Of a DNA stretch of 64,000 nt, positions 51,617 to 63,559 are shown one piece after another. The notes under the pieces are model-generated. The model had not been told where the DNA came from. It searched no databases and saw nothing but the letters and a program-made list of their open reading frames with translations. This DNA comes from Macrostomum lignano (Eukaryota): contig NIVC01001282.1 in the NCBI GenBank assembly GCA_002269645.1, forward strand, positions 45,557 through 109,556. The letters are read 5' to 3'. The position numbers and the translations under genes were made by a program. Position 1 is the first letter of the stretch. Each line of letters starts with the position of its first letter.

Positions 51617-51697
51617 AGATTCAACAGCCTGGACGTCTGGCTTGACGAACTCTACTCAACAGCCGAATACGAGATGCGCCTCTTCAGGCTGCAGATG
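51581..51697 (+). CDS. Receptor PTP D1 exon (QCDKYW)
   Basis: QQCDKYWHNVHARFNSLDVWL...EYEMRLFRLQM|GTGAG. Confidence 0.88.
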
Positions 51698-51775
51698 GTG
51701 AGCTGAAATCTTTGCATTTTTATCGAGCGTTACCAAATATGAAACAAAAACAATCGCTTCTGCCTGGGCGTCCAG

Positions 51776-51930
51776 GGCGAGGACAGCAGCCAGGCCAGGA
51801 TCATCAGGCAGTTCCAGTTCAAGAACTGGAGTCACTTCGACACGCCGCTGCCAACCACCGTGGTTGAAATTCGGCGTAAAGTCAACGACTGGATGCGTGG
51901 CAAGGACGCGCCCATTGTGGTGCACTGCAG
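51776..51930 (+). CDS. Receptor PTP D1 exon (WPD-loop position and PIVVHC)
   Basis: RIIRQFQFKNWSHFDTP...DAPIVVHCS. Confidence 0.92.
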
Positions 51931-52386
51931 GTGCGGCCATTTTTTACCGCAGCTCGTCTTCATTTAATCAACGCACTTGCTCAGGGGCTTCAAACTAGTT
52001 AATTACAGTTTCTTCTTGTCAAAACATTTTTTTATGTTTTTGCCTGTCTTGTCTCAGCCTCTCAAGCGTGCGCCGAATGGTTGATCCGAGTTTATTCTTT
52101 GTCTTGTTGGCTTCGATTCCTCACGCCTTAGAGAGGCCCGGCAGTTAATTCGCAAATCCAAAGGGCTGGAAAGAGATTAGCCTACCCTTGCAGGGTAATC
52201 CTTTCTAAGACAAGGACATTTAATCAGAAGGCTTCCATGCAGTTAATCAATGTAGTCGAAACAACTTATCATCAATTTTATCCTTCAACACTCTAGAATA
52301 GACTGCATAGATCATATTTGCTCAAAAAATCAGATGTCCATATATGGAAGTGCTTGTCCATGTTTAAGTTTTTAGTTTTAGGTTCT

Positions 52387-52545
52387 AGCTGGGGTAATTG
52401 AGGGTGTGTGTGGCGACCCCCGAGTCCTTTGACTGAACAGCCGTTCGCAGCCTTCAGATGCACCTCGCAATAGCTGGGGCTGAGCTGTCGGTTGCACATC
52501 TGCCTATTAGGGCAGGTGTAATAAATTATTATCATTATTATTAAC
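52387..52545 (+). mobile_element. CORE-type SINE family B, 3' half
   Basis: Homologous to 50005-50157. Confidence 0.75.
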
Positions 52546-52641
52546 AATCAAACAATCTTTGATGGTTTCACACTATCCACGTGAAACTATAGGGCCGCCA
52601 TCGTTACATGTCCATCGTTGCATAAACAATAAATTTCGCAG

Positions 52642-52951
52642 CGACGGGGCCGGCCGCACGGGCACGTACATCTGCATCGACATCGAGATCAGCAAGGTGG
52701 AGAACGGCAAGCCAGTTGACATTCTGCAGCAGACGCTGGCTCTGCGCAAAGCCCGATCAGGACTGGTTGGCAACATGCACCAATATCGCTTCATCTACGA
52801 GACAATCTGCAGCTTCATCACCTGCCGGCCAACCACAATTAAAGCGTTTGAGTTTGCTCAACTGGTGGAGCGGATGTCGTCGGATGCGGCCGCAGCATCG
52901 TCGACTAACGCCGCAATAATTTCGGCTAAGAAGAAAGCGGCAAAATTCACA
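52642..52951 (+). CDS. Receptor PTP D1 exon (P-loop and Q-loop)
   Basis: SDGAGRTGTYICID...LRKARSGLVGNMHQYRFIY; donor GTAAGT. Confidence 0.93.
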
Positions 52952-53232
52952 GTAAGTTTGGATTCGTGCCTGCGTCTTTTCATAATCAAGGGCGAATAAT
53001 CAAGAACGAGTCCCAGATTATTGCAACTTATTACTACTGTTACTACGAATATTTTTGTTTGTTGTAACTGAACGGACTTATGCAGTTACAAATAGCCTAA
53101 GGGTACTTTCCATCAAAGTCAACGCATCGATTCGAAGTGCTTGACATTCAAGAGTCTTGATAAGGCCAGTAAATATAATACTACAGATTTCCTGGAAACA
53201 ACCATTCAATTTTGCGAGATCTTGTAATAATC

Positions 53233-53418
53233 TTCCATGTGTAATAAACCACTGAAACGAGGAGATACTCTATGGCAAAATCTCCTCGGCTTCGTCGTTT
53301 TTTTGTTGGTGGCGAATGCGGCGACTTGGATCGCGACATTCTGCTCGACGACGACGACGAAGCCTCGGAGATTCTGCATAGAGTATCTCCTCGTTTCAGT
53401 GGTTTATTACACATGGAA
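53233..53418. repeat. Intronic inverted repeat/MITE-like hairpin (arms about 65 bp)
   Basis: TTCCATGTGTAATAAACCACTGAAACGAGGAGATACTCTATG... and its reverse complement. Confidence 0.85.
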
Positions 53419-53662
53419 TTGTGGAATTTTTGTGCTAAAACCTCTGCTACATGGCAGGGGAGGGGCTGATGAATTCTAGAATTCTAAAAGGACCACGAAG
53501 GGGCCGCGTGATTTTATGGCTGATGCAGATGTCTGCTTGGATTCTAAGATAGAATGTCGGGAAACCTGGCCGCTCTCTTATCTCTGCTTAAAACCAGGGA
53601 TTAACCCATTTTCTTCTGTGTCTCCTCACTCATCCGCCTACTTCCGCACTGCCAACTCGCAG

Positions 53663-53789
53663 CAGAACGGCTTCCAACTGGAGTTCGCCAATTTGACGGC
53701 CATCGTGAAGTCGCTCAGCGTCGGGGAGTGCGCCGGCGGGCATCGGGCCGAGAATCGGTGGAAAAGCCGGGACGTCATGGTGCAGCCGC
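53663..53789 (+). CDS. Receptor PTP D2 exon
   Basis: FQLEFANL...ENRWKSRDVMVQP; NAGNAG acceptor. Confidence 0.82.
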
Positions 53790-54412
53790 GTCAGAGTCTT
53801 TAAATTGTTGCGCGCGGGTTGCCGGGCTTAAAGAGGCGGGCGGTGAGGGTGATCAGTTAGGCTGTGTCTGCGATGAGTTAGAGCTGGGTCTGGTAAGGTG
53901 CAAATTAAGCTAAGGTGTACCAAATGAGTCTGTCTATAAAATTGTAAAATTGGTCAAAAGGCCAGACTTCAAACAAGTAAAAATTGAGCAATTTCGGAGC
54001 AAACACTAACCATGGATATGCACTCTAAGGAAGAGGCTGGAGCGACACGCCATATTCACTTTGTGGAGCATCGGAGTAAATTTATTGATTTTTGATTCAT
54101 CAATATCTCAGAGCATGCATCACTGCCAAATTTCATTCCAAGGTCATGCAAAAAAGTGCAGCTTTAATGCTGTAGTAAAGTATCACTACTTTCAGCCAGG
54201 TGTATCAATTGAGTCCTGCCTGTGTCTACTAGGGGTTCAATTTATGTCTGATTACCGGGGTCAAATTAGGTCAAATTTTCCGTATCTGCCAGCGGATCAA
54301 CTGCAAGTCACTTGTGTTTAGTTTGCACTTACTTGGGCTATAGACTGGGTTTCTAGGGTGAACCAGTCCGGTCAGCAGCTGTACGACTGCCTGCATGCAC
54401 TCATATTTTCAG

Positions 54413-54489
54413 CGGAGCGGGCCAGACCCTACCTGCTGACACACGACTGCGCCTCAAGCACCGATTTCATCAATGCCGTGTACATCGAC
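54413..54489 (+). CDS. Receptor PTP D2 exon (DFINAVYID)
   Basis: Motif and phase match. Confidence 0.88.
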
Positions 54490-54571
54490 GTGAGCAATTG
54501 GTTTTATTTTTCTAGGAACCACATGGAGGAACAGAAAACTCTGCTAACTGTCACCCACCGCAAAATTTCAG

Positions 54572-54706
54572 GGTCACACCAGGTCAAACCAGTACATTGT
54601 CACCCAGTGGCCGCTGCGGAACACGATATGCGACTTCTGGAAGCTGGTCAACGATCATCACGTGGCGGTGGTCGTGCTGCTTGTGGACTATTCCAATAGC
54701 TCAAGG
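54572..54706 (+). CDS. Receptor PTP D2 exon (YIVTQWPL..T..DFWKLV)
   Basis: Canonical D2 motifs. Confidence 0.9.
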
Positions 54707-54861
54707 GTGAATTGAAGGCTTGTTGTGTTGAATTTACATTTTACAGTGTTGAAATTTGCTTCAAACAATTACACTAATCAAACCTTTCTGAGACATCCGT
54801 AGGTACCGAAATACCAGGCATCTTTTGTCTGCAAAGTCTTTCCAGACTTTCATAACGCTAT

Positions 54862-55175
54862 GACCCTGGCACACTTTAAGCGACATTGTCCCACAACCGG
54901 CAAGAGGCATTACTGTCCATTCCGCCGACTCCCCTGAGCAGGCACACAGGCGCGCGGATACGTACGCAATCATACGCACAGGCACACACTCACACGGGAG
55001 TGTACAGCGGCCCAAACTTTATTTATCGTTAGGCATGTACACTTCACTGTGCCTTGGGGCTTGGGCCTCAAGTGCGTTAATTGCACGAGCAGAGCCAAGA
55101 CGAGATTCGAATTCAGCTCCAAATTAATGTGTTATGGAAGCGAGCATGGGCTCTGTGCTAGACCACTGGGCTACC
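54862..55175 (-). mobile_element. SINE family A copy
   Basis: Homologous to 44715-45070. Confidence 0.8.
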
Positions 55176-55281
55176 CCCCCCCCCCGCCTGTCGTGGGTTT
55201 TAGGTAGCAAAACTGACCTAGCAATGCAACACTAAATAATCAATAAATCATGGCACCTGCAACCCAACTCCCATCAATCAG

Positions 55282-55407
55282 AGCTATCCCAGATTCTGGC
55301 CGAACGCCAGGAACGAAGAGACTGGCTACGGCTCCGTCTACGTGATCCTGCAGGACCAGTTCAGCGTTGGCACCAGCATCCGGGTTCGCATGCACACGGT
55401 TGCCAAG
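55282..55407 (+). CDS. Receptor PTP D2 exon (YPRFWP...YGSVYV)
   Basis: Motif and phase match. Confidence 0.85.
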
Positions 55408-55550
55408 GTGATCAGAAAAGAATGCCACCTAGGTTTTTGTGTGTATGCAGCGGAGCTTTAGCAAACCTTAAAGAGATTGCACAGACCAATTAAAATCCAT
55501 GCACAGAAAGCCTAAAACCAATGCAAGCCGCCGCCTTCGATCCTGAGCAG

Positions 55551-55741
55551 CAGGCAGGCAGTTGCAGCACCGGCCTCTCGCAGCGGGCCCGTCACGTGGC
55601 CTTTCTTTGCCTGGACGGCGCCAGCTGGCCGGCCGGAGCTCGCGCGCCCGCTTCCGGACACGGCCTGTTGGAGCTGGTCTGCCTGGCTGAGGAGACAAAC
55701 CAAGCCATGGAGTGCACCAGCCCCATCCTGGTTGTGAGCAG
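55551..55741 (+). CDS. Receptor PTP D2 exon (PILVVS); acceptor approximate
   Basis: ...WPAGARAP...SPILVVS; donor AG|GTGAGT. Confidence 0.75.
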
Positions 55742-55994
55742 GTGAGTAAAATGAGCTTTCATCTCGCTACAGTTGATTCCGGGGCCTGGGATCACCTAAG
55801 AGTCATTGATAGGGCATTTTTGCAACACATGAACACGTTTAAGTGTGACAATAAACTAACGATTGATTGCAAATTTTGCTTGATCCTTATTTGGATATTG
55901 AGAATTTCAAATTTTAAAAACAGTCGGCCGTATAGTTATGTTAAAAACAGCAACAAATACGTTGTCACCCTGTCAAAAGAGCCATGAAAGGTAA

Positions 55995-56310
55995 AGACAA
56001 CGTCACAGCGTACAACATCACAGGGGACAACGTCACAGGGGACAACGTCACAGGGGACAACGTCACAGGGGACAACGTGACAACGTCACAGGGGACAACG
56101 TCACAGGGGACAACGTCACAGGGGACAACGTGACAACGTCACAGGGGACAACGTCACAGGGGACAACGTCACAGGGGACAACGTCACAGGGGACAACGTC
56201 ACAGGGGACAACGTCACAGGGGACAACGTCACAGGGGACAACGTCACAGGGGACAACGTGACAATGTCACAGGAGATAACGTCGCAGGGGACAACGTCAC
56301 AGGGGACAAC
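55995..56310. repeat. 15-bp minisatellite (GGGACAACGTCACAG), about 20 copies
   Basis: Direct reading. Confidence 0.92.
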
Positions 56311-56452
56311 AATTAGTCTGTTTATGTTAAGCAGTAGATTATTTTGATTAATTGGTGCATGATTAAGTTTACTGAGTAATTTCCTTAGACATTCGATCAC
56401 TGACGCATCGATCGGCGATCCGTTGATTCTCTTGCATCGACTCATCTGTCAG

Positions 56453-56734
56453 TCAAGAGTTGCAGAATCCGCGCAGCTGTTCAAACTGCTCCATGCTGAG
56501 GTTGTTAGTGAGCAGGCTCCAGCACTGCAGCCAGCCATCGTAGGGTTCAATTCCCGTTGTCAAGCACCGGCCTATCAACAGGTCATTGTGAATAGTGAGC
56601 CAAGTAGAGTTTGTTGTACGTATCTTAAGGCTCAAATATTTATTGTTCAGCGTGGAACCGTTGAAAAAGGCCTGACTGTCAAAGCTGACACCGTTGAAGT
56701 TGATTCCGAAGCTGATGACTTCCCCTCATGATGG
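56453..56734 (-). CDS. Nested PAN+LamG-like secreted protein, exon 3 (one G apparently missing at 56722-56725)
   Basis: GEVISFG...IHNDLLIGRC...EPYDGWLQCWSLLTNNLSMEQFEQL resembles the end of a LamG/concanavalin-A-like fold. Confidence 0.55.
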
Positions 56735-56952
56735 CTTATGAGGGGAATCGCTGGGATGTCAAAGCTTTTCTGAGGCGTCAAGGCTTACCAGGGGGGGGGG
56801 GGGGGTAATTGCTGAGATCTCAAGGCTGAGCGGTCGAAACCTACATGTAGTTTATTCAAAAAATTATTCCATTCTTTCCATTGGTTCCCCAATGGGGGCG
56901 CTGATTGCTAGTCAAATGCTGAATAAGTTGCATAACAGCTCCTATTGCTTAC

Positions 56953-57192
56953 ATTGGATTCGACATGAACTTTCCCTGGAAGAAGAAGGCAAATTTCTGT
57001 CCGTAGTAAAAGTGCTGGTAGAACCCCGGTGTCGATACTCTCACATAGGAACTGCTCGAGCCCGACAGACGGATTCCATCGACGCCATTCCGCTCGGAGA
57101 TGTTCACTGGCTGGGCTGGGTACAGAGCCGGATTAGCGAGGTTTTTGAAGCCCTTCTTGAAGTTGTAGAACAGCTGAACTTTCGACCAGAAG
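56953..57192 (-). CDS. Nested PAN+LamG-like protein, exon 2
   Basis: TTCTGCAACTCCCAG acceptor, GTAAGC donor; FWSKVQLFYNF...GVDGIRLSGSSSSYVRV resembles a LamG3 N-terminus. Confidence 0.6.
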
Positions 57193-57270
57193 CTGGGAGT
57201 TGCAGAAGTTGTCAAGTCAGTTGACCCAGTCGGCAGTTTTCGTCTGATGATCATCAGTTCGGCGTTGCAC

Positions 57271-57544
57271 CTGCCAGCGTCAGCTGACTCAGATGGAAGA
57301 CTGCAGCCTCCAGCCTCCAGCAGCCTCCACTGGCTGTCAGGTAGAGAGACATCCGGCACCCAGAGTCCAGTGTGCAGCGAAGTGCGCATTCGGAGTCGCT
57401 CGCCGCGGTCGCTGGTGGAGCTTCAGGCGGGACCGCAGGACAACCGCTGGTCACCAGCTCCAACGCGGCTGAGACGCTCTCGCTGCACCAGACTGAGCCG
57501 TCGCAGGTGACCAGAAAAAACAGGCAGCCAAGACAGGCCTTCAT
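57271..57544 (-). CDS. Nested PAN+LamG-like protein, exon 1 (signal peptide and PAN/apple-like domain; apparent -1 frameshift near its end)
   Basis: MKACLGCLFFLVTCDG...SDSECALRCTLDSGCRMSLYLTASGGCWRL cysteine spacing; a 78-bp GT-AG intron follows. Confidence 0.55.
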
Positions 57545-58225
57545 TTTACTTTGCTTCGTAAATTTTCAGTCGCAGTGAGTGGGTCGTCAGGCAGATCACA
57601 GGCTAACTCTCCTGAAAATGTCTATTATGCATTTATGACATCCGGGGGGGTGGTTTTCTGCATTGTGTGCTCAATTACAATAGCGCACAACTTTCTCGTT
57701 GCAGTAATCATACCAACCCTGGTTCTAATCTAAAAGATAGTTGAAACGGCGCAAACTTTGCTTGATTGAAGCAAATATAGACTTGCAATGTTGACCGGGA
57801 GGAAAAACGTTTCTTAGCAAATTATAATGAAGAAAATTTGCTCAAGCAGGAAACAAAGTCACCTCATCCAGGAGTTTTTTCCAGGAGCTAAGTCAGTTAA
57901 TCAGTTAGCAGCCAGAGGCTTGTGACCAACACGCTGTGCCTTTGAGGTTGGCCCTCATTGGCGTCAATCACACCGCCAATTTATGTGGCCCGAACCTCAA
58001 ATTAATGTTGGCGCAAGATTCCAAAGCAGAGCTCCCTTCCAAATGCAACGCCTGCCTTGCTTGGCTGTATCGCTCGCATTGCGTCTGCAAGATGCTTGCG
58101 AGAGCCCGCTGACAGATTTGTCAATATGAGAACAGCTTTTGCTTCTTAAATTTCACGAGTGCCATCAATCGAATAATGATCGATTTTTGTTTTGGTTTTC
58201 AAAATTCGTCTCCCATTCGAAACAG

Positions 58226-58361
58226 TAACGGCGTCTCTCGCTGCGGCCCGTTCTGCGTGCTGCACATGACCATGGACAAGCTGCGGTTTGAAGGCGAAAT
58301 CGACATCTTCCGCGCGGTGGAGAAGGTGAAGCGGAACCGGCCGCAGCTGGTTGAAAATTCG
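58226..58361 (+). CDS. Receptor PTP D2 exon (SNGVSRCG...DIFRAV...RPQLV)
   Basis: D2 P-loop and Q-loop region. Confidence 0.9.
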
Positions 58362-58444
58362 GTGAGACTGCGCTCGTATGTGTGGCCGGCCTCTTCAATG
58401 CGAAAGCTTTACGACTTGTTAGTAGTGCTGACTTGACTAAACGA

Positions 58445-58830
58445 GTGCTGGGTTCTTAGCGTTCGTACATTGAAGAATTGGTTTGACTGAGTTCTTAGCG
58501 TGAGTACATTGAAAAGTTGGTTTGACTGAGTTCTTAGCGTGAGTACATTGAATAATTGGTTTGACTGGTTTCGGAGAGTGCGTACATTGAAAAGTTGGTT
58601 TGACTGGGTTCGGAGAGTGCGTACATTGAAGAATTGGTTTGACTGGGTTCGGAGCGTGCGTACATTGAATAATTGGTTTGACTGGGTTCGGAGCGTGCGT
58701 ACATTGAATAATTGGTTTGACTGGGTTCGGAGCGTGCGTACATTGAATAATTGGTTTGACTTTGTTCGGAGCGTGCGTACATTGAAGAATTGGTTTGACT
58801 GGTTTCGGAGAGTGCGTAAATTGAAGGCCT
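58445..58830. repeat. 39-bp minisatellite (CGTACATTGAATAATTGGTTTGACTGGGTTCGGAGCGTG), about 10 copies
   Basis: Direct reading. Confidence 0.9.
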
Positions 58831-58957
58831 GAATTGGCTTATGTACCTAATGGAGTTGGTTGGGTTGTGCTTGGGGCTCATGCAGATTAAAAAGATTTTG
58901 CTTTTTCCGAGCAAATTGTATCGCTCAAACTTCTTAGGCGCTACCCAAAACCCGCAG

Positions 58958-59299
58958 ACGGAGTACGAGCTCTGCTTCAACCTGACCCGCCAGGCGCTGG
59001 GCTATTTCTACTCGGGTCGGCTGCAGATTCTGCCCGACCAGTCGCTGTGGCTGCAGCTGGAAGGCGAGAGCGGCGGGGTGCAGCTCGGGCTCGAAGGCGG
59101 CCTGCCGAGCCAAGTTGTCCGGCCGCGAGTTCGCGCCGCGCGTCCCGCCACGCTGGACGACTTCCGTTTTCCGGTGACGTCGAGACGCAACCGACGCAGG
59201 CGGAGGCGGCGCGCTGCCGACTTGGAGGGGACGGCGGCGGCATCGGGGGAGGCAGCTGCAGGCGTCGAGATTGAGACCGAGACGGCAGCGATGGTCTGA
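58958..59299 (+). CDS. Receptor PTP last exon
   Basis: CCCGCAG acceptor; TEYELCFNLTRQALGYF (EQY..CY equivalent), then a basic/acidic tail and TGA. Confidence 0.8.
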   Translation, partial: TEYELCFNLTRQALGYFYSGRLQILPDQSLWLQLEGESGGVQLGLEGGLPSQVVRPRVRAARPATLDDFRFPVTSRRNRRRRRRRAADLEGTAAASGEAAAGVEIETETAAMV

Positions 59300-59479
59300 A
59301 GTCCTTCTGGTAACTTAAGTTTTGACTTAATGAGCTCGTTTTTTTATTGTCCAAATCATTTTGAAAATATTTCTCAATCCCAAAATTTTACAAGCTCACA
59401 CATTCAGATATCAGCACACAGTTGATATCTGTGAAAATGAAAATAGCTATTGGTTTGAAACGTTGCGAAATTACTAGCA

Positions 59480-59872
59480 TTGACAGTAGAAGCTAACAGA
59501 CAAAGCTACAGCATTGACAGCACAGCTACAGACATAGCTACAGCATTGACAGCACAGCTACAGACATAGCTACAGCATTGACAGCATAGCTACAGACATA
59601 GCTACAGCATTGACAGCATAGCTACAGACATAGCTACAGCATTGACAGCATAGCTACAGACATAGCTACAGCATTGACAGCAAAGCTACAGACATAGCTA
59701 CAGCATTGACAGCATAACTACAGACATAGCTACAGCATTGACAGCATAGCTACAGACATAGCTACAGCATTGACAGCATAGCTACAGACATATTCATAGC
59801 TACAGCATTGACAGCATAGCTACAGACATAGCTACAGCATTGACAGCATAGCTACAGACATAGCTACAGCAT
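59480..59872. repeat. 32-bp minisatellite (AGCTACAGCATTGACAGCATAGCTACAGACAT), about 12 copies
   Basis: Direct reading. Confidence 0.92.
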
Positions 59873-60112
59873 GTCAGGTCGACCCCAAAAATTTCCGACA
59901 AAATTTCAGAAAGAAAATTTCGGAGCCATCAGGTTTTGTCGTACATTCAGTTAAATTCCGCGACGTCATGAGCATAAAAATTATTATTGCTTCATACGCT
60001 CATACCTACTCGCTTCTTTCATTCAGTAGCAATGATAGCGTTTGCTGCTTCGATTCTAATAAATATATTGTCAATTTTGCAATTTTTCATTAGTCGAATT
60101 ACAGTAACAAAT

Positions 60113-60780
<668 letters not shown>

Positions 60781-61484
60781 AGTTGCTCTGACAGACAAGA
60801 GAATCTGGGAGATTAACAGGCCAGGTGCGAGGCGGATTAGACGCCTGTGGCAATTGGATTGAAAGAAGACGATTCAAATAATTAGCATTTTGTCCCGGCT
60901 GAATTATCCAGAGCCTCCGTCAGAGCAGCCAATGAAAGGATTAACAGTGCCTGGATTTTTATTACTTTGCCTGTTAGCCGGGGCAGCGAGCACGCGACGC
61001 CGTGTCAGCTTAAAAAGGAAAGGAAATTAATTCAGGGTAGAACAGGGGGAGGTTAGGGAGCTGGGGAAGGCGGGAATTTATTCCCATCGCGTGACTACTA
61101 TTGAGGCAATAGAATTTCAATTTCATTCTGGGCTTCGCTTTCGCCTCTCCCACTGTCTCAAGTAATCAGCCATTGGGATTTTCGCGATCCCGCACTGCTG
61201 AAACTGTGTCCGCGACATCGCTTACCTGCATCCTGATTAGCCCGACTTACGCCTGCCTCTTCAATTTAGGGACGGCTGCAGTGTCAACTGCTTTCAGTGT
61301 TACTGCCAGGTTTCACTCAGCCCGTTACTTTGCACCCTCTGTAGTAGCGCTGGTCTGACCTGCTCATGTCTGCCATCTGCCATCTCTGCTCCTTGCTGCA
61401 GCAATGTCTTCTTGTGGCTCCCTTTGCCGCTGTTTATCCGGCTTTCAGTGTGTCTCACGCTGCAGTGTCAGACCTCTGCTTTCT

Positions 61485-61795
61485 TACTCCCTCCCCCTGC
61501 CCCCTCTCCCCTCTCTCCTCTCCCCTCTCTCCCTCTGCCCTCTCTCCCTCTCTCCCCTCTCTCCCTCTCTCCCTCTACTCTCTCTCCCTCTCTCCCTTCA
61601 CTCCTTCTCTCCCTCTCCCCTCTCTCCCTCTCCCCTCTCTCCCTCTCCCCTCTCTCTCTTTCTCCCTCTCCCCTCTCTCCCTCTCCCCTCTCTCTTTCCC
61701 CTCACTCCCTCTCATCTCTCTCCCTCTGCCCTCTCCCTCTCTCCTCTCTCTCCTTCTCTCCCTAGGTCTCTCTCTCTCTGCCTTCCCTCTTTATC
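61485..61795. repeat. CT-rich low-complexity tract
   Basis: Direct reading. Confidence 0.9.
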
Positions 61796-62477
61796 TCTGC
61801 AATGATTGTAACACAATTGCTGAAATCAATAAAGCAGAGGAAATCAATATAAGCTCGTACAATGAAGCGCAGGAAGCTTCCAGGTTGAATTCTTTCACCC
61901 CATAAAACCCGTAAAGTGTAGGGTTTCGCATTGTGCATTTATTTTGCAGTGGACAACGCAGCAAAGAGCTTCATGCTGGCTTTGGTGCGATGCAGTTCTA
62001 GAAATAAAATGAAAGTCTGGATGATCGACGGGGCTGAGAGGTTGTCAATCAAATGTGAATATTGTGAAAATACGATTCTTTTAACCTTAGTTCTCTTTAA
62101 TTTGTTCAGAAATCCTGCGTCTCACTTTTACCTGTCCTTCCTTACATCTCCAGTCTTCAGTCTTTAGTCAATTCTTTTGTAGAACATTAAGCCATCGCCG
62201 AAGACTCCAGTGCAGGTTTCCAGCGTCATTAAAGCTCCATCATCATCATCATCGTCTCCATTTGGGTGCCAGTTCAGCCAGTTGGTTCCGCTCCTGACGC
62301 ATCTGAGCAGTACCGTGGGCAATGAGCAGCTCTCATCCCATTCGCTGTTGAGTTTAACAATGGCAAACAGTCGGAATGTTGCTGCAGTAACTTCTGAGCT
62401 CCAGCTGTTCTGCAGTGAATTAGTGCATTTAGGCAGACTTTGAATTTTTATGAGCATGTTGTAGTCATTTGGTTTCT

Positions 62478-62870
62478 ATATGATCTATGCAACTGCCTCT
62501 ATGATCTATGGAACTGTCTATATGATCTATGCAACTGTCTATATGATCTATGCAACTGTCTACATGATCTATAGAACTGTCTATATGATCTATGGAACTG
62601 TCTATATGATCTATGCAACTGTCTACATGATCTATAGAACTGTCTATATGATCTATGGAACTGTCTATATGATCTATGGAACTGTCTATATGATCTATGG
62701 AACTGTCTATATGATCTATGGAACTGTCTATATGATCTATGGAACTGTCTATATGATCTATGGAACTGTATATATATGATCTATGGAACTGTCTATATGA
62801 TCTATGGAACTGTCTATATGATCTATGGAACTGTCTATATGATCTATGGAACTGTCTATTGATCTATGGA
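62478..62870. repeat. 21-bp minisatellite (ATGATCTATGGAACTGTCTAT), about 18 copies
   Basis: Direct reading. Confidence 0.93.
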
Positions 62871-63172
62871 ATCGTCCATTATACTCTCTTCCTCACCGAT
62901 CTCTCCTCCCCCAAAAAGTAGCCCCGCTGCGCCGGCAGTTCAATCACCGGATCCGGCTGAACGTTAAAAGAAATTGTCGCAGCCGCCAGAATCAAATTTT
63001 CTGGCGCCAAGAAGTCGAAATCGGATGAGGCGTCGCCTTGTTGCTGGGCGCGTGACAGAGTCCAGCTGAGCAGCCGCTGAGAGTTCACTGACTGCTCGCT
63101 TGACCAGCTGGGGTCGCCGATTCTGTCTAAGCGAATGATTCTATATCCTGCACTGCCGCAGTTAAATCCGAG

Positions 63173-63247
63173 GTTAGGGTTAGGGCTAGGGTTAGGGTTA
63201 GGGCTAGGGTTAGGGTTAGGGTTAGGGTTAGGGTTAGGGTTAGGGTT
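63173..63247 (+). repeat. Interstitial telomeric-type (TTAGGG)n tract, about 12 units (two CTAGGG variants)
   Basis: Direct reading. Confidence 0.92.
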
Positions 63248-63559
63248 TCTCCGAGACTCAGCTCTGCAAAGCTGTTGAAGTCGCAATAGAAGCAGGCTTA
63301 GACAACGAACGGGATCTGAAAGTCGGGTTGGTGTGTTAAACTTCATTTTTGGATTTGTTTGCTAGCTTGCAGTAGCCTAGCTTGTCCGAAAAAATATGAT
63401 TTATTAATTCTCACCTCTGAGTAGTTCGTCAATGTTAAAACTTTCGTCAGCTTCTTCGTCGCCAGCCGGCGAGTCCAGAATCTGCCGACGAAGATCTCGG
63501 AGCTCCCGAAATTTCGGTATGAAAATGTCTCTGCGGTGCAAGCGGATCGAAATGTGTGA

